Assembly: GCA_013265495.1 (NCBI GenBank)
Contig: MU058591.1
Coordinates: forward strand, 62,001 to 126,000
Reading direction: 5' to 3'
DNA from: Vicugna vicugna
Lineage: Eukaryota
Length of the DNA: 64,000 nt
Of the stretch, positions 53,001 to 64,000 are shown piece by piece. Position 1 is the stretch's first letter, and each line of letters begins with the position of its first letter. A program made the translations under genes and the position numbers. The notes beneath the pieces are model-generated. The model was not told the DNA's origin and made no database searches. It worked only from the letters and a program-made list of their open reading frames with translations.

Positions 53001-54924
53001 ATCATTACTGGTGTTATTCTGTACAAACCAAGTAGGCTATGTGTGTACTCCATTACCAGGTTCTCAACAGGCAGATTATGTGATGCTGAGAAAATTCGTT
53101 CTTTCTTATTCACTCATCCTCTCTCTCAATCTAAGAGGTAGTAACTTATGTAAAAATTTGCACCAACCTATAGCAGTGACTAGTCAACACAGATATGCCT
53201 AGCTCTATACACTCTAAATTATTTCCTTCCTTTTGCAAGATAAATTTTAAATGAATCTAATACTAACAAATTCCTGAAGATTGTATATTAAAAGGTTTAT
53301 GATTAAATGGATGCAATAATATAAGGAGCCAAATTTTGACAATAGTAGAAGGTTTGCTTTTGTGCCCAAATGTGGTAAAATGTTGATTTGAGCTTATGCA
53401 TATGCATTATCCTAACATGCAGTATTTACTTATCAAATAATCTTTAAGAAATGTTGCAAGAATAATTTAGAAATAAAATGTGGGTGTTTCCTTTACAGAA
53501 ATGATACAACTGTTTCGTTGGTATATAATTTTTCAACAGGAGCTTTTGCTCTGGCAACCTGATATTTAAATGCAAACTGCATGACATCATCAAATTGTTA
53601 GAGAATTCAACTGTAATCTAAAATTAGAACATGGGGAAATGTGGAAATGAAGACTCAGGGTAACAATTTCTGTGCTTCTAAAACAATGACTGAAGTAATC
53701 ATAGTATCAAATAGGTCCACATGTTTTACTTAAGAACAGCAATTAAGAAAAAAAAAAAAACAGCTCTTAAGCTAGGACAAGTAAGTAAGGCCAAACACAC
53801 AGTTGCAAGATTTTTGCTTGTGGGGAGTGTGTGTGTGTTTACGACAGTGTTGTTTGCTTAATTCTAGGGGAAGTATTTAGAAGACTAGAAGGAAAGGATT
53901 AGATGGGTTTTTTTTCTTATGTGTTTCAAAATAATACAAAAAAGAATAGTTCTACAGGGCTTAGCTCCATTGGTTTTAAGTAAGACATACGTAGAATTTC
54001 TGTGCATTCTTGATACTGCCAACTTTATCTTTCTTAAAAAAGAGGACACGGGTACGGTACATTGCCAGGCATATGAAATATTGCTGAAAAAAACGCAATC
54101 CTGATGTGCTATTTCTTATTCCTCCTTTGTTTTCAGAGCAGATGTGCAAGGAGAGGGCTGGCAGAGTAGATATAAAGTTACCTCCACTGAGGTCCCGACA
54201 TGTCCTTTCCTGCCCCCATTGTGGAAAAGCAACAACAACCCTATCTATCTTCTTCTGATAATTAGTGTCCATTTTCGTTGCCAGTATAATAGTAATTCCC
54301 TCCTTTGCCTGCTGTTCTATTGGAACAAGAACATATTTAGGTTAAATGGAACTCTTACCATGTTCTCTAACTATGGCCCTTGATGAAAGGGTTTCCCGCT
54401 TTTGGTAATCAGGACATCGAGACACGCAGAGAGAAAAATTGTAGGGTTGGGAAGCACAAGTTCCCCAAGTGGGTCAAAAAAGAGTGATGATTAGATGAGC
54501 CACTTCTATTTCAACCTCTTGTTTCCCGCATCCACGATTGTAGCAGTCGGGGACATGGCCGCAGACAACTGCTGTTGAGAATATGTACCACATCATCCAG
54601 GAGGGCGTCCCAGCCGGCAGGCTGCCATCTCTACACTGCCATGCAGAACTCGGAGTCGGAGCCTTGACCCCTTCCTCACTACCCCTGCCTTAATTGCTCT
54701 AGGAAGTTCTTTTTCACTAAGTTGGCATTCTGGAAAAAAAAAAATTCATTCTTTCCCTTTTAGAATTGATTCAGAGGAAACTGTATTTTTCCAAAGTAAA
54801 AAAATGGGAGAAAAATAAATGAGTAACTATACTTTGATTCAAAAGAGTGATGTAGTCAGTCTAAAGAGAAAGTGGTGGGGGAAGGTAGATTTGATTATGT
54901 GAAATTGTAACTTACTGTGTGGCA

Positions 54925-55520
54925 TACCCACAGTTAACAAGATTAAAAGGCAAAAGCTAAATGGGACTAAAAAAAATAGATATAACATATACAACAGTTA
55001 AAAGATTATATTCTTAATACATACATAATTATTACAGTTTATTTAATAAAGATGAGCACCCCCATAGGGGAAAATGTAACATAAATAGGTTATTCATAAA
55101 GAAAAATTATTAAGACAGTAAATACATAAAATGTTGTCTCCTTCACTAGAAAGGAAGACCTGTTGCAAACAAAAATCATTAACTTATATGATAAGAAATA
55201 CATTGCTATCGAGAGTGTTTTAAAATGGTCACTGTCAAACCTAAACTTTAAAAAATAGTCTGTTTTTTAAGAGAAAGTTGTTTCAGAAAACAGGAAATTG
55301 TCCTAGAAAAGTTGCACTGGGGAAGGGCTTATTTATAAGATATAAGTGCATGTAAACGACATTGCTGAGTTTTTAGTAGCAGCAAATATTTTAAAATTGC
55401 TAATGTGTCCTGGAAAAACAGTAAAAATCTAAAATATATATAGTGTGTATATGCATGTGTACAATAGAAGCTTATGCTGCCCATTAACATAAAGATGTCT
55501 TTATTGACAAAGATATTTAA
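54925..55520 (+). mobile_element. Very decayed L1ME-like 3' fragment
   Basis: A-rich, with AACAAGATTAAAAGGCAAA and ACATTGCTGAGTTTTTAGTAGCAGCAAA. Confidence 0.5.
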
Positions 55521-55595
55521 TGTATAGTAAATGAGAAAAGTGAATTATTCTTAATGTCCAAACCATGTATTTTAGAACAATGACTCAGTTACTAA

Positions 55596-55597
<2 letters not shown>

Positions 55598-55650
<53 letters not shown>
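55598..55650. repeat. Perfect (TG)26 microsatellite
   Basis: Directly visible. Confidence 0.97.
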
Positions 55651-55651
<1 letters not shown>

Positions 55652-56752
55652 TTGATGACCAAAAGAGTTTATAAGTGCATTATGCAAGGGAATTTAATTT
55701 TACTGTTATATTTATTTTTTACAACTTTCATTCTAAATCCTTGTACTATAGTGAGTTTATGTCAACTAATTCATACAGTTGTGTGCATTCACACACACAC
55801 ACAGATACATCACTCATACAAAGATACTATATTTAGATAGAATAGGATGTTTTTGCTGGGGAAAAATTTCTACATTTCCTCCTATAGAATTGCCTGTGGG
55901 AACTTAATTTAATTTTTTTCCAAAATAAACAAATGAGAAAAACAAGTGAGAAATTATAATTTGATCCAAACAAGAGATGTGATCAAACCAAGATAATAAG
56001 ACAAATTCTTGCTAGGCTCCACCCCAGGTTTGGTGTGCTACCAGAGGCTGAAAGAAAGATGAAAAATTCTTCTGTGTTAGAGTATAAGAAAAATAAACAA
56101 GTGAATGAAGAGGAGGAAAAAAGCAATAAAATTCATACCAAAGAGCACATCTGAGGAAATCCTTACAGCATAACAGAAAATAAGCTTTCAAGAGAAGGAA
56201 AAAAAAAAAAGAAAGAGGGAAAAAAAAGAAAACTTTGAACTTGGCTTAAGGAACCCTCAGCTGGAGAAGTTAACAATTTAGAAATATGTCTATAACTTCT
56301 GAAAAGCATGACAGTAGCAGCCCAGTACAAGACTACCTCCTCAAAAAAGCTCACAGTGTATCAGAGGGCACAGACTCCACTATATTTGCCCTACTCCCCA
56401 CATTTCAAACAAGCAACACACACACGCATGAATTCCCCAAATTCCCTATAAAGTCCCCGATGACCTGTATCACGGGTATAGACCGCTGTGGTTAACGTTC
56501 TCCTCTGACAAACCATTGTCCTATAACTTCTCTGAAGTCGGCTATCTGTTTCATAAGGCTGGGAGATGGGTCTAAATATTAAGGTTTTGCAATACGTGAG
56601 AGAAGTCAAGAGAAGTCAGCAGTACTTTAATGACAATAATGATGTATGTACATTTTAAAAATTTCTCAGAATCTCAGAAATTTGAGTATTGGTGAAAGAT
56701 TTGCAATGCAAGATTTTAGAGATGAAGGAGACCTTGGAATTTAAGCAACATC

Positions 56753-56763
56753 CTCTCTCTCTT

Positions 56764-56820
<57 letters not shown>

Positions 56821-56843
56821 TGCACATACACATGCACACGCAC
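56753..56843. repeat. Compound (CT)n(CA)n microsatellite
   Basis: Directly visible. Confidence 0.93.
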
Positions 56844-59609
56844 ATTTTTTTTTTTGACTGATGAGGCAACAGAATAAGTCTGATGTCTCGAAGACAGCTA
56901 CAGGTAAACATGTTCCTGGCTTATTTCCTCTACATTCTATATCAGAATACCAAGTGGGTTCAAAACTATTTTGGGTGCAATGAACAAGCTTTTGTTGTGT
57001 AACTTCTATGTATCCAAAAGTGCATTAAAGATTTTGTATGTGTATAAGGATGTTAACACATGACCCAAATTGTCCTCAAGGTTGAGCTGTCAAAAGAACA
57101 AAAGGTAGAAACCAGTCTTTCAATCATAATTATCAACGCTGGAGAGAGGATCAAACTATAAATGTTTTCACCTCTCTCCAAAGTTATGATAACACATTCC
57201 ATTGTGTATTTTATGACAGGACAGTAAACTTAGATTTACACATGCAGCAAGCTTAGATTTTCATGTATATCTGCAGGGATAGGATGAGAAAAATTAATAA
57301 TGAATGTGGAGAAATATGAACTGTGTCTTTTGTGAGACCCCAAATTTAATTCCTTGTCAGTGTGTGTGTCCATGTCTCCCCACTTTGTTAAAATTATGAA
57401 CAGAGAAATGCTGAGGTCACGTGCCTTACAATAAGGCAGCTTCTAACAGAATGTGATTGGCCATTGGCTCCTGACCTCTGCTCCTGACTCTATTTAGTGG
57501 TTTCATTAACCTTATCATGATGCTATCTCCCATTTTGCGCAACTGAATTTTCTGTACCTTAGAGTGGTACATGGGTTTTATACACAATTTGATTTACTTT
57601 CATTGTCGATACGAATGTCATCATTGTTGTTCATCTTCCTAAATAGAAAGATTAAAACTCAGCTCCACAGAGAGAATTATAAACTCCAATCAAATGTAAG
57701 ATCTGAGACAGTAGAAAATGAGCATAACCCTCAGAAAACCATGGTCTGTGTCTTCATCAGACTAGCATCATGTGCGACGAGGATCCAGGCTCACTCGGGT
57801 TTTATCTATCTTGGTGAAACTTCTTGCCTCATAGCAGAAGACTGATTGACACTAAGCTACCAGTTTAATTCAGAAAAATGCTGCAGAGTTATACTCATAT
57901 TGATCTTCTGATTATTTTCTCACAACTTAAAGGATGGGTCTTGTCAGATTTCAGGAAACACTATTGTTTCCAGCGGATAGAAAGCCTTTCTAGAAGGGGA
58001 ATTCAGCTGACATGTTTCACGTCCTTTACTTGCTGACAGGACTGATAATGTTTCCCTGTACTCACTGGCATGAGACTAATAAGAAAATCATACCAGACTA
58101 TTGATAACAAAGAAAAACATGAGACGTTCAGAAGATCCCCATGCAGTTCAGTGATTTAAGGAAAGAACACAGGAGAATGACAGATTACTTTCTGATTCTA
58201 GGAACGTATGTGGATTATATAGAAGGCTCTTACTCTCAATTTTTTTAAGCAATAAAAGAGTTTCTGAAATAGCTGATGACTTTATTCTATTACATAATAT
58301 ATCTTGTCTCATTTGATCTTTAAAGTGACTATCCTTACCTTAATTTACCTACTGAAAATCTCTGCTGAATTGCACTAAAATCATCTCATATTGTTAGAGT
58401 CAGTGAATGAAATTAAACACATATTGAAGCTAACATATGCAAGACAGGTTAGACTCTCACAGGGAAATTCTAGTTGCAGCACAAATGTTCTGTTCCTGTG
58501 ATTCATTAAAGTAGACGACTTTCCCTTCTCTACTTTCCTGTAACTCAGTTTATGCTTTTGTATAACTTAACAGTGCTCTGTAGTTACATGGCTGTGTGTT
58601 TATGTGCCCACATCCTTGTATTATATGCTCCTAGAGTGAATGTTGAACAAGTGAATGTTGTTATTTCTGTACTCTCGGGGCTTAGCTTATAAATTGACGC
58701 GTGTACATTTTCAGTGAGTCTTCATTGTTTTTGACAAATAAAGGAATGAATGAATATAGAGGTGTGTTTAACCTCCTCTCATTATTTTGAGGTTATTTTT
58801 ATGATGGTAGTAGAATGACTCTCTCTTTACAAGGAACACGGTGATGGCTATAAGTACGTGTTTTATCCAAGAGTCATATTCCTGGCTATATTTTTCCTAA
58901 AGCATTTTAACCCAATTCTGTGGGATAAAAACACAAACTTTGAAAGATCGTGTAAAGCCATATAAATTGTTCAGAGTTACTGAAGAATTCATAAAGAGAC
59001 AATTGGAACATTTCCCTTTATTGCTGACTATCTGGCAGAAGCTCTTCTCCCTCTAATATCAGTTACATAGGGAGGGAAGGCGGCACTTTATAGGTGAGCG
59101 AGACTTTCTCAAAGCACTATCTGAGGGTTCGATAAAAGCATCACTGCAATAATTTTCCACTTCAAAACATAAATGTCTTCAAATGGAACGTTTAGTTCTA
59201 AAAATTTGAAACTCATTTGCCTGCCGCACACTTACATGTCTAGTTCATAAAACATAAGCAACGACTGTAAGTAGACCCATGAGTATATAACATCAGACTT
59301 CTAGTTCACGTAATTAAAAGGTAATGAAGTATAGGGGGACAATATAAACTTTTATCACAGCTGATTCTTCAGCTATTCATAATCTATAGAAATGTCTATA
59401 GCACTTAGATAATAATTAATTGTGTACATTAGTATCTGCCAAATAGTTCCCTGATGGGAAACACAATAATTTAGAAACAAACAAAGGAAGGAAACAGGAT
59501 GCGATTGAAATTGCTCTTTTAAAATGTAAATAGTAAGGTTGGTATTGGATTTCAATACTGTGATAATTACACAACATTATTATAAATTATAGAAATGATT
59601 ACTATGTCA

Positions 59610-60200
59610 GAATCATACCTGTCAAATCTGGAAGGAATCAAGATAGCCTTCAGTAGGTGAATGGATAAATAAACTATGATACATCCAGAAAATGGAATAT
59701 TTTTCAGCATTAAAAATAAATGAGCTAACAAGCCAAGGAAAAAACAGAGGAAACTCAAATGCAAATTGCTAACTAAAAAGTCAATCTGTAAAGGCTACAT
59801 ACTGTTTGATTCAAACTGTATGACTCTGGAAAGGCAAAAATAGGACAAAGTAAAATATGGAGACACTAAAAAAGACGAGTGGTTGTCAGGGTTTAGATGG
59901 GAAGGAAAGACCAGGAAGAGCAGGGAGGATTTTTAGGGCAGTGAAGCTAGTTTATTTGTTACTATAGGGGTGAATATATGTCATTATAAATGTGTCCAAA
60001 CCCATACAATGTGTAACACCGAGAGGGAGCTCTGATGTAAACTATGGGCCCTGGGTGAGTATGTGTCAATGCGGTTCCTCAGTGATGATGAGTGTAGCGC
60101 TCTGCTGGTGGATGTTGCTAATGGAGGAAGCTATGTGCATGTGAGTCCACCTACTCAATATTACTGTCAATCTAAAACTGCTCTAAAAATAAAATAATAA
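59610..60200 (+). mobile_element. L1MC-like 3' end
   Basis: CCTTCAGTAGGTGAATGGATAAATAAACT...AAGGCTACATACTGT...GGATTTTTAGGGCAGTGAA...CTAAAACTGCTCTAAAAATAAA. Confidence 0.85.
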
Positions 60201-61899
60201 AAATATGCTCCTTAATGTAATTTACAGTACCCTTTATTTGAAGTCTACACTATAAAAGGCAACTTTTACACTTATATTACCAAAAAATCAGTCATATTTA
60301 GACAGTGATAGGGAGGAATAGTTACATAAAGGAAGCTATTGCTACATAAATTCCGTTGAGGAAGATTACACATAATCCTGAATTTAGCTAAATCATATAG
60401 GGCATACATTCCATGTTTTTAAAAATATGTTTGGGAACCTTTGCCTAAGTGAAAAAGATGTTGAAAGCCATGTCATTCCAGAAAATTGTTCTCAGTTTAT
60501 ACAGTCCTATATGCAATTTTCTGAACTAAGTGTGGAATCTTGCATGATTATTAGGAAGTATAAAACAGCATGGAGATAACCTCTCCAAGCTAAATGCCTC
60601 CAAATTCCAACACTGGTCAAACTTTCATTCATGTCTCAGCAGAGATAATTGATGGACAGTTAAAGCGTGTGATGTTTTGTCTATCTAAACAAAAGTTGTT
60701 GTGTTCAGGAGCAGAACAGTTAGCAGACTCTAGAGCTGTTCACGTCACAATGCCAAAGAGCTGCTCAAAGGTCTCACTGTTCTCTCCTCTGAAGAATCAT
60801 CCTTGATTCTGCGCTCACTGTCCTCTCTTCTTTTCCATAGCTGTGTGTACATGCTTCAGTGATAGGACTGATGATAACATTAGTAACCACTGAACATTGA
60901 GTCCTATTCTGCGTAGATACCATGTTAAGCATTTTGCACCCAAAATTCTTAAGTACAATAAATAAGGTTTAAAATAAGTGAATAAACTAACTAAGGAAAA
61001 ACTACTGCATAAGTGTCAGAACCCTGACTCAGTCCAGAGCTGAGAACATCAAAACAGTACTTTTAACCATCATGCCAGACAGTCCATATTTTGTCATATC
61101 AATTGCTTGCATGTGTGTATCATGTCCCAGCCTGGGGTCAATAATATCTAAGCTGTTTTCAGGCAATGAAGGCTCACCTAAGAGCTTTATTTAGGCTATG
61201 CATTATCTAAGGATTTTATTAAAGCCTGTTTAGATATTTCAAAAGAAGAAAAAACCCAGTCAGCTTTGATTGACTTAGCTGTAGTCTATGTAATCTGCCT
61301 TAAACAAAATTAGGACAGAGAATCAATCGGGCCTGACGCAGGAGTAAAACCTTTCAAGTCAAAGTACTCTAAGTAGAATGATTATACCCTACACGCTGTG
61401 GAGCAGCGATTTGACTTAGGCATGCCAGCTAAATTACCTGGGCTCATGCCACCTCTTTTGGTGAGATTCAAGAGGGGACAAAAATATGGGGGAAGGGGTG
61501 GAGAGGTAGACCTGGAGTTAATGCACAAGCCAAAAATAGGTATAAGAATGCATTATTTTACAGTTATCTCTCTTAAATCCTTAGAATCAGTGGTCTGTTT
61601 GAATGTATTTTTTTGTTGTTGTTCCCTTTTACAAAACATCAGTAAACCTACAAACTGCAGGCTTACACTGGTACAAAAAATATGCTGAGGAGTTATAACT
61701 ATAGATGTTCAAATTCCCATGATTACGGTGTTTCTTCATTTATTGTCTTTTTTTTAAGTTCAGTACTGTGATTGCAAGCATAGATTGAGTTGTCTGAAAT
61801 ATGCCATCATTTAATTGTCTACAACAGATTGTGATTTAAGGCATTTAACCATCTCTTGAATGTCCAGAAAAGTAACTGGTTTAAGATATTCAAACAGAG

Positions 61900-62044
61900 G
61901 CGAGTTAACTCTGTATGATGACAGATGGCAATGAGACTTATGGTGGCAATTATTTTGTAATGTATAAAAATATTGAATCATTATGTTGTACACCTGGAAC
62001 TAATATAACATTCTAAGTCAATTATACTTCAGTAAAAAAAAAAG
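61900..62044 (+). mobile_element. Short LINE-1 3' tail
   Basis: GAATCATTATGTTGTACACCTGGAACTAATATAAC...GTCAATTATACTTCAG followed by poly(A). Confidence 0.75.
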
Positions 62045-62653
62045 AGTGAATTGATAAAGTAATCATTTGAGTGGAATTTACACTTGAAGAAATGATTAGT
62101 GCATACCTATTAACTATTTTTCATAATAGAAAATGTTTTTATTCTTGTTCTCTTAGGCAGTGACTTTCTTTTTGCCTCAAGCTAGTCATCTTTAGTTACA
62201 CAGGCAATTTTAAAACTTTCTCAGAGCTAAGTATGCTAGCATTTCCTACGATTCTTCACATTTTACAAAACAATATGTGTAGTATGTATACAATCATCAT
62301 TTTGGAACATACCACCTAAACAACCACTAGCAATATGAAAGATTAATGTGTCATGATGCTGCCTTTTAGAAATACCTTATTGTCAGAACACCTTATATGA
62401 AAAAAGGCATTTTTCATTACTTCTTGTGTCAGTAATTTTCACTATACTATATCATGAGTCTCTCTTTAACATACAAAAACACATCATGCTGAATCTGTAA
62501 TATATGTATCTTTCTAAGAAACAGTAGACTCAGAAAAACTGGGTGATTTTAGCTATAGGGAAATGTTATGTATGTCACCGTGTGCATGGGTAAAAGTCAA
62601 TATAAAAGGGACAACTGGAATTTTACCAAAACTATTTAAAAATTGCTTATACC

Positions 62654-63005
62654 AAGAAAAAGGAAAGTACCATATGAGATTGCTCATATGCAGAATCTTA
62701 AAAAAAAAAAACACCATAAATACAAAACAGAAACAGACTCATAGACATAGAATACAAACTTGTGTTTGCCAGGGGGATGGGGTCGGGGGTGGGAAGGGAC
62801 AGACTGGGATTTCAAAACGTAGAATAGATAAACAAGATTATACTGTATAGCACAAGGAAATATGTACAGGATCTTACTGTAGCTCACAGAGAAAAAAATG
62901 TGACAATGAATATATATATGTTCATGTATAACTGAAAAATTGTGCTCTACACTGGAATTCGACACAACATTGTAAAATGACTATAACTTAATAAAAAATG
63001 TTTAA
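62654..63005 (+). mobile_element. Young 5'-truncated LINE-1 3' UTR (camelid-like) with 16-bp TSD
   Basis: ACAGACTCATAGACATAGAA...ACTGTATAGCACAAGG...ACAACATTGTAAAATGACTATAAC and an A-rich tail. Exact TSD AAAAATTGCTTATACC at 62638-62653 and 63006-63021. Confidence 0.92.
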
Positions 63006-64000
63006 AAAAATTGCTTATACCGCTGGAAGCAATGTGGCTGAGAATATTTCTCCCTAAAATACACAATAGAAAATACAAAGAGGGAAGGCTAAATAGAAGT
63101 AATATTTTTAACAACGGTCAATGGCTGAGTTGTTCAAATTGCTATCACTTAACAAAGAAGCCTTACATACAAATAACAGACGTTCTAGAGTTAATTAAAT
63201 TGCTTAAACAATTAGAAGGCTTATTTTTACACTTAAGAAGACCTAAGGCAGAGTGCCTACAGGGTTGATTCATTCAGTTCCTCACTGTCATCACCAAGAA
63301 CCCAATGTACTTTATTTTACAGTCTTTTATGATCAGTGTTTTTTGGAAGCCCTGTTTGAAAGATCACTGCAAAGTTCTAGGTGGCATGTGCAATATTAAT
63401 ATTCAGGAGAAGAAAGGGGCCTTCTTCTTTTCTTAAGGATCTCTTTTAATTGGTGAAAGTATCTTTCCCAAAGACAGCTACACACTTGTCCCCATGACTT
63501 AATACCTGATAAAGCCACATTTCCATGATAAATCACTCACATTCAAGGGTAATGTGACCACCATGCTAGGTTAATAGCTGTCAGTTAAATAGATGGCTTC
63601 AGAAGTTCCACTGCAAAGAAGGAAGGATAGAGGCTTAATGTTAGGAGAAAAACACAGACAGTACCGAATGCTGTGCTGCAGTATTGTATTTATAAAATAA
63701 ATATCTTGTGGAAAAAATATTGGCTAAATTTCAAATGATGTAAATACTTAGGGTTGCTTACTTTATAAAAAATAGTTCTTTCTCAAAACATTAGTGAATA
63801 AAACTCACTAAGATGGGAAATACATGCAGAGGTAAACTGTATAATTGGGATATCTGGAGATTTTGGATGTCTTCTAACAGAACATAAATTTTAAAAACCA
63901 TCCTGTTCTTGTGTCTCTCAACAGATCCAACTTCCGTCCCAAATAATCTGGAAATGTTTTATCCGTCTGTACTTTAGACTCAGTCACTTGGCTTTACACA

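Noticed and set aside
1..64000. CRISPR arrays, operons or prokaryotic defence systems
   Set aside because: The sequence is mammalian; there are no regularly spaced repeat-spacer arrays or dense long ORFs.

Overview
AT-rich, CpG-depleted mammalian genomic DNA, not prokaryotic. A tRNA-derived SINE at 33369-33495 and a young L1 3' end at 62654-63005 resemble camelid (camel/alpaca) elements recognised from memory, so a camelid source is likely but unverified. I found no recognisable protein-coding gene, rRNA, tRNA or CRISPR array. The ORFs that look like real protein are decayed LINE-1 ORF2 pieces; the rest look like chance ORFs. Much of the window is interspersed repeat (L1, L2, MIR, MLT1/MLT2 LTRs, Tigger1, MER5A, microsatellites), so it reads as intergenic or deep-intronic DNA. 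The one striking anomaly is a ~0.5 kb CpG island (about 49 CpGs by hand count, ~16160-16640). It lies inside what appears to be a minus-strand solo ERV LTR (~15971-16747) and carries repeated YY1-like motifs and an NRF1-like site, making it a candidate LTR-derived promoter or methylation-escaping element. Other leads are a 32-bp exact direct repeat flanking a T11-tailed segment (37012-37471), several motif clusters, and possible non-coding exons. Subfamily names and most old-repeat boundaries are approximate. I cannot support a new multi-gene system here.
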